Of a stretch of 64,000 nucleotides of DNA, positions 10,733 through 21,150 are shown piece by piece. Every line of letters starts with the position of its first letter. Position 1 is the stretch's first letter. Where the stretch lies: contig SMSO01000025.1 of NCBI GenBank assembly GCA_004764695.1, positions 2,728,001 through 2,792,000 on the forward strand, read 5' to 3'. Under the pieces are notes generated by a model. It saw only the letters and a list, made by a program, of their open reading frames with translations. It ran no database searches and was not told where the DNA came from. Source of the DNA: Schizochytrium sp. TIO01. Lineage: Eukaryota > Protista > Bigyra: Labyrinthulomycetes. Made by a program: the position numbers and the translations under genes.

Positions 10733-12249
10733 TTCCCTTGAGCTGTCGTCTGTTGCCGTTCAACGATCTCAAAAGCGAACAGACTCTGCGAGAGCTGCAA
10801 TTAATTACTTTGGACCATATGGTGACGATGCTGCTCTTGTACAGAGATACTTCGGTAGGTACCTATAACTAAGAGTTTAACTAACATTTGAGAGGGGTAG
10901 GCTAATTTCTTGCTCCTGCTACCAAATACTTCTACCTCTGCAATGAACGAGTAGGTAGGTACACATTGAATCAAATACATACATCAAATGCTCCCTCCAT
11001 CTTGGTAGCAGCATCTTCGGCCGCGCAGTAGATAGATAGATACTCGTTCAATTGCTCACATCTTCATTTACGCATTTAGAGATTTCGTTCACTCGTCTAA
11101 AGTAGTGCCTTGGGAGCGTCTACTTATTCGCACATCTTTCTCTGGAGACTGCATGAATTCCAGATCAAGCTTCGCCCTTTGATTCGAAAATGCGTGTACC
11201 CAGGTACCTTACGTACCTGCATACCCGCTGCTTCAACGCGAGCTTTGCCATTGCCAGGTTTTGGTTATTCGCATGCCTGTTGAAGCCTGAAATTCGATCA
11301 TTTGCCTCAATTTGCATCCATCCTCATGAATAAACTCACTCCGTCATCATCATCTTCAGCACGAGAGCTAAGAAAGAAAGCAAAGCCGGCAAATGCGTCA
11401 TAACAACTATTTACAGAAACCAAAACCAAAGTACCCCGTTCTGCAGACAGACGATTGGCGGTGCATTGGATCATCGTCGATCGCTGACGATTCATCAAAT
11501 CTCAATCTGTTCCCTATTTTCTATTTTCTATTCTCGATTTTCGACACATCACACTCTGTTTCCCAACCAATGGCTCATGCTAGGCACCCTCTATATACTG
11601 CTACTCCCATGCCCATCATCAATGCAATGATGCAAGAGTAGCTCCCCGCTACCGGTATCTCTTAAGGGGTGCTAGTAAGGTAGCAAATAGAATCTATTTC
11701 AACACTTTCTCTCACTTTCCGAAAGAAAGAAAGTACTCACCTCGAGGAGGCTGATGTTGCGCACATGACATCAACTCCAGGAGAAAGAGGACAGCTAGCC
11801 CTTGGTTACGGTAAAGAGTAGGGGTGCCCTCTGGGAAGCGCTGCGAGAATCTACTAGTAGTTAGGTAGAATTGTTTGTTTTAAGGTAATTCATTTAGTTA
11901 CCTCACCTAATACAGCGTATATCATGTTTCTTTAATTTCTTAAATTTTCTTTAACACCTCTTTTAAGAAAACATTTTAGTTGACACCATTAGCACAAACA
12001 GTAGAATAGCTCAAAATTGCACACTTTAAAATAGTGTTATCAGTAGTAGTGGTAGTAGGAGGAGGTAGGCATGGCTAGTAGAGTAAAGTAAGTAAGTGAA
12101 AAAAGAGTGAAATGAAAGTCTCATTGCAAAAGGAGACTATGATGACGAAGAAGATACAGAACTCTCGAATGCAATCAATTCCAGGCGAGTTCTCTTGCGA
12201 GGTGGTTCGTGCGTCATGCTCTCCAAGGCTCACGCCGCTCCGAAGAGGA

Positions 12250-12250
<1 letters not shown>

Positions 12251-12279
<29 letters not shown>
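12251..12279 (+). repeat. (GGCA)n microsatellite
   Basis: ggcaggcagg caggcaggca ggcaggcag is directly visible. Confidence 0.9.
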
Positions 12280-12280
<1 letters not shown>

Positions 12281-13807
12281 CCCTTGCTTCCCAGCGGTCG
12301 CTTCGCTCGCTTGGCGCTCAAGCAAGCAAGTTCGGCAGCCACCAAGGCACTGGAAGCCCATGAGCAAGCAGTCAGCGAGGAGACTTGACTTGGTGGCTAC
12401 GGCCAAAGGCTCAGCAGGCTTGCGACTCTGCTCAGCAAGCTGCCGACCGAGCCAAAGGAAGCGGCCCCTGAAACCGGCGATGCGATTCGACCTGGAGGAA
12501 GCGACCTTTGCCCAAGCTCTGAGCGGACCGCTCAGGATCGCTCCATCGTTTGTTCATTTCCTGTGCTTATTCGTGTCGCGAGTTCGCCATAGTGAGGAAC
12601 CATCGATCAAGTCCATGGTCGAAGTTCTTCTTTCGTTCAGATTGGGTTCTTCCTTTGTTTTGTTTTGCTTTTTGATTAATCAATTAATTAATCAAAATAG
12701 AAGCTACTGCTATAATATACATTAATGGACCTTAGTCGTGGTTGGTAGTTTTGAACGTTCTCACTCGTACTAGTGAATGTAGTGAGGAACGAGAACGACA
12801 GATCCGGGAAAATGATACTTGCAGAAAGACCCCTAAAGGAACCCAAACTTCCTTATTAAAAGGTTGTAGAAGAACTGCCGACGACGTGCCGCGCCGAAGC
12901 ACCCAGGGATCTGATAACGTTAACAATAGAACTATGTCTCAATATATGCGCACAGTACCCCCTCGGAGAAATTATGTGCGCGTGCCGTGTGTTGCAGGAA
13001 AAGGAAAGAGGGAAGTGCGCGCCTAAGAAAAGAACGACTATCATTCATATGGAGGATGGCGGGAAGAACGGGACAAGTAGAACGCTGGATGGAGGTTGAA
13101 AGGGCGCTGAAAGGAGTCTAAAAGGAAGGTAAACATAAATTAACTACGCTTAAGCAAGGTTTTAAAAGGGGGTTGAAAAGCCCATAAAAGAGCACTCAAA
13201 GAAGCTTGATTCCTAATACCCAGGTAGTGTAGTTCTAGTCAGTACCAATTTAAGTGAACGCCCAACCATCGTTTGCGCATGTTGCTAGGCAAAGGTTATC
13301 CTAAACTGTAGGCCAACTATGTATTCATTGCTCTGAAAAAGGAACAGCTTCAGCGGGGGACTCCTATAAAAGTAGTAAGAATTGTAATTTAAAAACAAAA
13401 CGCTTTGTTAGAGGTTAGTACGCTATGAGCTTTCTATTATAAACTCTACTATTCAAGGGCTTTTAAAGCCAAAAAGTGACAAAAACGAGAAAAGAACTAA
13501 AGACTTGGTTTATAGCGAGCGAGTCATTACAGTTATTCATACGATTGCAGATTAAAGTTGATGTACGCATCTAAGTGGTACGTACCGTGATGGGTAGTGA
13601 GTGAGTGAGTGAGTGCACTCCTCTTTTCAATGAGATGTGCTTTTCAATTGATGTTATTCGAGTTAAAAGCAAAAGCAGAAAGCATAGCGACTCTTACTCA
13701 CTATTTCCTGTTGCGATTCCAAAGGGGAGAAAGAGTGTTTGTTTGCTTTTCAATTATGAAAAAATAAAAATAAGAATGAATAAAAGTGTATATATATTTG
13801 TTTTTCT

Positions 13808-13851
13808 TTTCAAATGTTTTTCATTCAAATGTTTTTCATTCAAATGTTTTC
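13808..13851 (+). repeat. 15-bp tandem repeat (caaatgtttttcatt) x~3
   Basis: Directly visible; it produces the FKCFS repeats in a spurious ORF. Confidence 0.85.
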
Positions 13852-14390
13852 GAGTAGTTAAAGGAACAAACGAAGTAAAAATACTTAGAATGGGCATTGA
13901 TTGAGTGAATGAAAAGAAGAGTGAATAAAGCAGAGAAAGGGCTTGAGCGAACGAAAGCCTTCGTAGAGAGAAATCAAGCAAGCACTCCACGATTGCGGCG
14001 ACCGCCGGGGCATTCGTCTCCGCGGTGACCGCACTCCTCGACAGCTCCCTCTCTCGGCTAAGACCGGCTGGCCGCGGCGCTCCGCCTCCCGCGGTGAGCA
14101 GCAAGTTGGCGTCCATCACGGGCCGAGGGATTTTGATTGAGACCGCGGAATACAGAGAAAAAGGAGATCGATCGCTGTTCATTTGAACAGGCGAAAGCAG
14201 CAAAGAGCTCGTCGTCCGTAGTGCGTGGCGAGGGGCCGCAGTGGACGAATCAGAGTGCTGGCTGGGGAGAGGTGGACATCTGGGCTGGGCCTCCGCAGGG
14301 TCAGGAGGCTCCAGCGCTATTTAGAAGCTCCAGGTCGCGCTGAGAACCGCCGCAGAGCCCATTTAGGTCGGGCGTGCGCCTCTTTGCTAC

Positions 14391-14416
14391 TTATTATTAT
14401 TATTATTATTATTATT
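14391..14416 (+). repeat. (ATT)n microsatellite
   Basis: ttattattattattattattattatt is directly visible. Confidence 0.9.
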
Positions 14417-14953
14417 GCAAGTACTCGCTTGCTTATCTATCTAAGCACTTGATCTACTACTAGAAAGGGAAGCGCGTCGAGCATTCCTGCAAAATCTGCA
14501 ATTCTGGCATATCAAGAATTTCTTTCTTTGGCGCGATTAGATTGGGATTTAGGAGGAGTACGAGTTGCATTTCGACTGGACCTGTGGCAAGAATTTCCCT
14601 TTACTCAAGGTCAATAAATATCAGGAAAGGTCGGGCTTTAGTTGGCTGCGACCGTGGAATTTGTTGGGGCGGTTTCTGCGGCGTGGACGCCCAGAAATCA
14701 ATATAAATAATTCTCCAAAATTTTTACTTTTCAGGGAAAGACTGCGCAGAACAACAACCACACACAACAGAGAAATCAACATCAACAGCAGCTTCAGGAT
14801 CAGTCCAATAACACGAGCCCACAAGAAGATCGCCGTCAAGAGCCACAGCCACAACCACAGCAACAGTTGCAGCAAACTAGGTCACCCCCCCAAAACTTGC
14901 AGAGCACCGGGGCTCAGCAAGTTTTGGCGTCTTCTGTTTCACTAATCAGTAAC

Positions 14954-17900
14954 ATGGTGCGGTCAAATCAGCTTGTCTGCTCTCCAAAGAAACTCCAGCA
15001 CAGAACATCATTTGCCTCAAAACTGAAGTTGCGAAAGTCTAGCTCCCAGGAGCCAAGCTCTTCACAAGACTCGCGGCGAAAACTATCAAGTTGGCGCAAT
15101 AAATCTGGCACGGCTAGTACGACAGAATCTACAGATTGCGAAGATGATGAAGTTGATTCCACCCCGCTCGAGCCTGTGAAATCTAAAAAGAAATCATTCA
15201 GCCAGAAGATCAAGCGTACAATGAGTAAAAAGTGGAACTCTAGTCGTGATCGCACAAACGACCGAGACTCGAAACATGGTTCCCATGAAAACACAGATGG
15301 CGTACAAGCCCTTACCCAAGCATCAGAGTCTATCGAAGATGCAGAAAAAAGAGGAGAGGACTCGTGGGCAGAGAAACGACGTAGTGCTGAGAGCGCTGCG
15401 AAACGCCGATCTCTACGTGATGCTATGGAGGATCTGCTTGAAAACGATAAACTTCCGAGTGAATTAGCTTTTGAGGAATCAAATGAGAGCCCCGAAGATG
15501 ATGAGGAGGAAGATGATGCGTATGATGAAGATGTACTATATGACCAGTTAAAACGCCTGTCTTGTAAAAGCCCTCGCAGCAGCAGAACTAACCAGCGTGT
15601 TGCGACCTTTAATGTTCTCGAGGCTGTAGTTTCCCACGAGGATGTTTCAATTCTCAATAATGTTCTACAATATGTCTCTGTACGGGAACATGTGAGTCTT
15701 GCACAAGTTTCCCATACCTTTTTGGAAGCTGTAACTTTAGTGCCACTGCGACTCGACTATTCAAAGCGTGTCATTGAGTACCGCCTATTAGAGCGAGTCT
15801 TTTCTACAGAACAACACTCAACACGATTATCTTCGTGGCGCGTCGCTGGTTTGTACACTGCAATCTCTGAGCTACAGACTTTGTTTCAAGTTATCGATCC
15901 CGCTGATCTTAAGTTTATTGGTCTCGTGAATCCTCGTGTGCGTTCCTTGAAACAAATGAGTGCGTGCGTTAATCTTTTGCGCTTTGAATTACACGGTTGT
16001 GAGACAGAAATTGATCTTTCACCACTTCTTTCATTGTCAAATACACTAACAGGTCTCTCGTTTTTGGCCTGCAATCACATTGAAGATCTTAAGCTCGTAG
16101 AGAATCTCCCGCATCTCCGTATGCTCTCGGTTTTCCGTAGTGCGCGCATAGATAAACTCCCAGACCTCAGCCTTTGTCCAAACATTGAATTTCTCAGTGC
16201 TGGCGAGTGTGTAGATATAGCTCATCTCAAACCCATTCGCTTCTTAAACCACCTTCAAGTACTTGACCTCTCATTCGTTCGCGCGGTCAAATCTCTTGAT
16301 TTTCTCGCGAATGCAACACAACTAAAAACACTAATTCTCGACAGCTGCAAGAATCTTACAAGCCTGCAGGGGCTCGGGCATTGTGGCCGCTCGCTTGAAG
16401 TACTCCGTCTCAACAACATTATGGGGCTTGAGTCTCTTCGGGGCATTGAATCATGTCACCAGCTTACTTCACTGGAAATCTCGTCTTTGATTCTTCTTAA
16501 AGATCTATCCCCACTCGAATCATGTGAGAAACTTGAGGATCTTCTTTTATTGAAATGTGTCCACGTCCGCTCACTGACACCATTGTGGAAATCTGCAACC
16601 TCTATGCGCCGCCTCATCATTTCCGAGTGCAGATCTCTTCGGAGCGAAGACGATGTCGAAGTCGTGGAGGCTTGTTCAAAGCTTGTAGTCTTCGAATGCG
16701 CTGGTTGCCATCCTACCTTGCTGGTTGGCCTTATGAACAGTAAGCGTCTCAATGTTTTGGCTGCTGCAGAAAACGAACTCCCGCTATTGAGCGTTTCCGA
16801 TTTTGAGCAAGTTGCTTTGCCTGAAATTATGCGCCGCTTGGCGCTCTTTGGTGACGATAAGGATGAAGTAGTTATGGCAGCTCTTCGCGTTGTGCAAGCT
16901 TGTAGCGCTAATAGTGTTATGTTGTCATTGATGATTCACGAAGGTGTTGCAGAGTGGCTTATGTCATCTCTAGTATCTGCTGAAGATGCTACACACTCCC
17001 CGTCGTATGCCATCACCTTGGAGATTTTGAGAACGCTCAGTGCACTGTTGAAGTTCCCTGACGCGGCTTCACATGTTCTTGGCATTAACGATTCTGTCGA
17101 GCAACTTGCTAAGCGCATCGTTGTTTCGTCTCGCGGCTCTCGTGACGATCTATTAGAGATGGATGCAATGCCTGGAACTACCTTCGAAGAGGAACGTTGC
17201 ACTGCTGAAGCTGCTCGCGTACTAGCGCGTGTTCTTCAGCACACATCTGGTTCTGAGCGTACAACTTTAACTGTCCGCATCATAAACGCTGGTGCACCTA
17301 TGGCAGCCGTCCAGGTCCTCTCCTGTGCGACTTCAATGGACCGGACGCGGCGCCCACTGATCCTTCTTTTGAACACTCTTCTAGATCATGGCGCTGTTGA
17401 GGACTTTGTTTGCGAGGACTTGGCTTTGAATTTGATAAACCACAATCTTGTTCCGGCTCTCCTTAGTGCTAGTGAATGCTGCTCAATTGAAACTCAGATG
17501 CTCGCTGTTGCGTTACTATCATCTGTAAGCAAGGCCGGTCGCGCAGGCTCAACCCTAGTGGAAGTACTCTGTGCACAGGAAGGTGCTTTAGGTGTCCTTG
17601 TTGCTCTTTTCAATAGTACTGAAGACAGAGAAGTATTACGTTCCATTGTGGATGTTCTTTTGGAAACTCCGCCTCACCTTTGCAAAGCAGTAGCGGGTAC
17701 ACCAAAACTTCTTTCTGGAATGATTGCTTGTATTGATCGCGAGCTTCGTTTCCAAGAGCGTTTGCATTACAGCCCCCAAAGCGACTCTTCTCTTATGTTA
17801 TTGGTAATTAACGTACTAGGTGTGATCACTCGCGAATCTGCCGGAGCGCTTGCGTTGATTGCTGAGGAGCAGGGAATAAGAGTAAGTATTCGACATTACC

Positions 17901-20866
17901 CGGCTGGAGAAATAAGGAACCTCGAGATTATGACTAGCAGTCAGCTTGTGAAAGACTTGCATGTGGTAGTCCTTAACGGTCCATCCGTGACTCGGGTTGC
18001 TTGCGCGCGGGTAATTGTGAACCTTGCTCAGCACTCGGAATATTTCAAGTCTGCCTTGATCGACCTCTTCCGTCATTCCAAAGCTGTCAAAGACATCTTT
18101 ATGCTTGCTGCTCGCGGAGCTTCATCCACTACTGATACTACAGCTGGTCTAGATCTTCTTTTGCTACTACTGGAAGAACCTGGCGTTGCCGACATTGGCG
18201 CTCGGTTTAGTAATGCATTAGCACATGAGTTCTGTAAAGGTATGGTTAAACTTGCAATTGAGTCAGACGCGCACCTCGAGACGGTTGTTCACGTCATTGC
18301 TCTTTTGTTAGCCTCTACTTCTCAGCGAATGGTCTATACTGGTGTAATTGTGCCTCTAGTGACCAAGGTTCAAAAGCACAAGGTTCAGGTTCAGTCACGT
18401 ATCTCTCGCATGCTTTTTCGCAACAGACGACGATCTTCACCGAGTCGTATAAGCATGTCTTCTCAGGACTCAAGAAGCGAGCGCACCGCAGCTTTGCGGT
18501 TCTTGGTAACTCTTGTTAAACAAGAGGATAATCGCGATGTACTCTTTGCAATAGGCGATGTTCATGTCTTGGAAAATCTTGTGGCAAGCCTTGCGGATGA
18601 CGATAGAAGCTGCAGAGATCTTGCGGTGTGCTTACTTGAAGCCGCTATGCAGGTTTGCGTAAACCCCCCACCCTCCCAGCAAAAGCGATTCTCGGGCATG
18701 GAAAAAATCTTACTCCAGAGTTTTACCCGGAACCCGCATCTGCCACGATTTTCACATATTACAATTCAAGCTCTCACAGACCTGCTTGACTCCGGTAGCC
18801 CACGTGCGCGTGTTGCTTCAGCTAGACTCCTAGCTATGGTCCTTTCTCGAAATGAGGAGCTTCGTGCTTCCGTTATGGGAAATGATTTTGAGTTAACCCA
18901 GTCAAACATCGAAGGCCCCCATGATTCTGCAAGTGATAAGGAGAGTGACGATGGTATTTCCTCTTCGAACGCGAGCACTGTAGAAGATGATGAAGATGGC
19001 GATACGGATGGCGAGGGTTTCGGAGGTCATGATTATCATCATCATCCCCACCATCATCAACGCATCCCGAGTCGTCAACATAACGGCAGTATTGGTTCAA
19101 TCCATGATGTTGACCTACCTGCTCCACCCCCTCCTGTGGCCACTGCAGAGACATCACGCTGGAGCCAAGATTTCTCGTTGGACACAAGCTTCCTTAAAAC
19201 ATTGCATTATGGACTAGAGCAAGGGATTGCTGCTGGTGGGGCCATTATTCGCCGCGAACGCAAGCTAAGCGCCTCCTCAGAAGCTGGTCCTTCCAAGGTT
19301 TCTCAGGACGATGCCGAAAATCTTCTGATTACACTGCGCAACTTTCTTCTTGATCTTTCTCTGTCAGCTGTTTCTACCCAGATGTATGCCCTTGAAAATG
19401 ACTTGGAATCAGAAGTATCGGCTGGGTGTGAGTTGTTAGCTGCATTGCTTGAAGTTGATGCTTCGCGAGTGCAGGAGTTTGTTCTGCAACCGATTGTTGC
19501 ATTGCTTAGCGGAAAAACCTCTACCTCAGAGCAAAACTCATCGGAAGAAGATCTCGGCGACAACATCACAGAAAATGTAGACATGGAAGAAGTTGTCTTC
19601 ACGGATGTAGCTGAGCAGGAGCGAGTGGTTGAAGTGATGTGGGGATTAAGTAACTTGAACACCAACGAGATCTTCGACTCTTTGGAAAGCCTTGATGCAT
19701 TTTCTCATTTGGCAGAGTACATATCTTCTGATGACTCATCTAGCAGAATTCGACGCATCGGTCTTCGTGCTATTGCTAAGTATATCCGTGGTGACGTCAA
19801 GAAAATCTTGCGTCTAGACCAAGAATCTGCATTATTAAAGCGCCTTCTTGGAGAAGTTATTGCTGAGAATGTTGAGATGTACCCTGCTATTGTGGAAACA
19901 TTCAATGGTCTTCAAGTTAGGGATTTTGAGTCAAGCGAATTGGCGTCTCGCTTGCTTGACTCGGGACTTCTTGAGGCAATGCAGAAGTGGCGTGCGCAGC
20001 TTGCGGAAGGCGGATCAGAACGGGAGAGAAACAAACCAGAAATCGAGCTTGGTTGTTTTCTCTTTGTGCCTGGTATGCGTGCTGTCAGCGAAGCAAAGTA
20101 TAAAATATCTGCAGCCATGTCTAACGAGTCTTTATCTGACCTCGTTGCAGGATTGTTTAACTCTGAGGATTGTTTCGAGATCCGTGCATCATTGGGTAGA
20201 CTTCTTGCAACAATCGACAGCCAGTTCTTAGATGACACTTCGGAGCTCTTCAGGTCAACTGTGGCTCAGAGTAAGAGTTTCGATCAATTGTCCTCACGTG
20301 AAATGGCATATGAGCTTGAACAGTTGAAATATTATCCTGTTGCTTTCAACCGTGTTCGTGGATATCCAGTACCTTTTCAACAAGAGGACATTTTTCGAAT
20401 TTCGGTTGAGCGATGGACCACCATGGCAATCAAATCGCATTACCCCCATACACATGTACACTTGAATCACCGGCGTGTTTACTTCGAAGTTGAATTGATT
20501 GATACATTTGAAGCAGACACAGTGGTTGGTTGGGTTTCTGATTCCTTTAAGAGTGGTGTTATTCGAGGTTTCACTTCTGGTGGTGTTAATGAAGATGAAG
20601 ACAGTTGGGGTATCAAGCTCGGTAGCCAATTCCAGCCTAAGGATGTGGTTGGCCTTGCAGCTGATCTTGACACGGGAACTTTGACATTCACAAGGAACGG
20701 CAGATCTTTAGATTCTGTTATTTCTCTGCCGGCATCGGTTCAGGCCGTTTTCCCGGCGGTTACAACAAGCGGCCTTACCGCGTTTTTTAATTTTGGCTCA
20801 CGCTCTTTTCGATTTTCTGCACCTTCTCGTAATTACCACTCTGTGTTTCGTTCAGTGCATGTCTAA
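14954..20866 (+). CDS. Large F-box-like / LRR / ARM-HEAT / SPRY protein (probable ubiquitin-ligase adaptor)
   Basis: Single ORF; the track start at 14867 is a TTG and the first ATG is at 14954. A Ser/Lys/acidic N-terminus precedes an F-box-like segment ILNNVLQYVSVREHVSLAQVSHTF (~15650-15730). Cys-containing LRRs follow (LQVLDLSF, LKTLILDSCKNLTSL, LEVLRLNN; ~15900-16730), then long helical ARM-like repeats. The C-terminal SPRY reads VYFEVEL..VVGWV..DVVGLAADLDTGTLTFTRNG..VFPAVT..FNFGSRSF. Confidence 0.8.
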   Translation: MVRSNQLVCSPKKLQHRTSFASKLKLRKSSSQEPSSSQDSRRKLSSWRNKSGTASTTESTDCEDDEVDSTPLEPVKSKKKSFSQKIKRTMSKKWNSSRDRTNDRDSKHGSHENTDGVQALTQASESIEDAEKRGEDSWAEKRRSAESAAKRRSLRDAMEDLLENDKLPSELAFEESNESPEDDEEEDDAYDEDVLYDQLKRLSCKSPRSSRTNQRVATFNVLEAVVSHEDVSILNNVLQYVSVREHVSLAQVSHTFLEAVTLVPLRLDYSKRVIEYRLLERVFSTEQHSTRLSSWRVAGLYTAISELQTLFQVIDPADLKFIGLVNPRVRSLKQMSACVNLLRFELHGCETEIDLSPLLSLSNTLTGLSFLACNHIEDLKLVENLPHLRMLSVFRSARIDKLPDLSLCPNIEFLSAGECVDIAHLKPIRFLNHLQVLDLSFVRAVKSLDFLANATQLKTLILDSCKNLTSLQGLGHCGRSLEVLRLNNIMGLESLRGIESCHQLTSLEISSLILLKDLSPLESCEKLEDLLLLKCVHVRSLTPLWKSATSMRRLIISECRSLRSEDDVEVVEACSKLVVFECAGCHPTLLVGLMNSKRLNVLAAAENELPLLSVSDFEQVALPEIMRRLALFGDDKDEVVMAALRVVQACSANSVMLSLMIHEGVAEWLMSSLVSAEDATHSPSYAITLEILRTLSALLKFPDAASHVLGINDSVEQLAKRIVVSSRGSRDDLLEMDAMPGTTFEEERCTAEAARVLARVLQHTSGSERTTLTVRIINAGAPMAAVQVLSCATSMDRTRRPLILLLNTLLDHGAVEDFVCEDLALNLINHNLVPALLSASECCSIETQMLAVALLSSVSKAGRAGSTLVEVLCAQEGALGVLVALFNSTEDREVLRSIVDVLLETPPHLCKAVAGTPKLLSGMIACIDRELRFQERLHYSPQSDSSLMLLVINVLGVITRESAGALALIAEEQGIRVSIRHYPAGEIRNLEIMTSSQLVKDLHVVVLNGPSVTRVACARVIVNLAQHSEYFKSALIDLFRHSKAVKDIFMLAARGASSTTDTTAGLDLLLLLLEEPGVADIGARFSNALAHEFCKGMVKLAIESDAHLETVVHVIALLLASTSQRMVYTGVIVPLVTKVQKHKVQVQSRISRMLFRNRRRSSPSRISMSSQDSRSERTAALRFLVTLVKQEDNRDVLFAIGDVHVLENLVASLADDDRSCRDLAVCLLEAAMQVCVNPPPSQQKRFSGMEKILLQSFTRNPHLPRFSHITIQALTDLLDSGSPRARVASARLLAMVLSRNEELRASVMGNDFELTQSNIEGPHDSASDKESDDGISSSNASTVEDDEDGDTDGEGFGGHDYHHHPHHHQRIPSRQHNGSIGSIHDVDLPAPPPPVATAETSRWSQDFSLDTSFLKTLHYGLEQGIAAGGAIIRRERKLSASSEAGPSKVSQDDAENLLITLRNFLLDLSLSAVSTQMYALENDLESEVSAGCELLAALLEVDASRVQEFVLQPIVALLSGKTSTSEQNSSEEDLGDNITENVDMEEVVFTDVAEQERVVEVMWGLSNLNTNEIFDSLESLDAFSHLAEYISSDDSSSRIRRIGLRAIAKYIRGDVKKILRLDQESALLKRLLGEVIAENVEMYPAIVETFNGLQVRDFESSELASRLLDSGLLEAMQKWRAQLAEGGSERERNKPEIELGCFLFVPGMRAVSEAKYKISAAMSNESLSDLVAGLFNSEDCFEIRASLGRLLATIDSQFLDDTSELFRSTVAQSKSFDQLSSREMAYELEQLKYYPVAFNRVRGYPVPFQQEDIFRISVERWTTMAIKSHYPHTHVHLNHRRVYFEVELIDTFEADTVVGWVSDSFKSGVIRGFTSGGVNEDEDSWGIKLGSQFQPKDVVGLAADLDTGTLTFTRNGRSLDSVISLPASVQAVFPAVTTSGLTAFFNFGSRSFRFSAPSRNYHSVFRSVHV

Positions 20867-21150
20867 ATGAATCGTGACTACTTTTGATCATTGAGTTGTA
20901 TTATCAATTATGGTTTTACTTTACTGTTATCCAATACAATATTATTTTTCCTCTTGGCATTCGTGTAACTTTCTTGTAAAAATGTATACTTGCTTGACTT
21001 TGCTTTCAAGAAAATGTAAATGAACCCCTTAGCTTGGATAGTAGCACCTGGCTTATGGCTTTGCACAAAGTATTTAATAAGCATTTTTACTTTTTTAACT
21101 GCTCTCAACAACTGGCAAACATACAAGAGGTAAGTTATAAGCGTTTTCGA

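Noticed and set aside
12112-14452. Short ORFs in the 11-14.5 kb spacer (e.g. 176 aa at 12195, 149 aa at 13754)
   Set aside because: They run through microsatellites and GC islands, mostly lack ATG starts, and have no domain signal.
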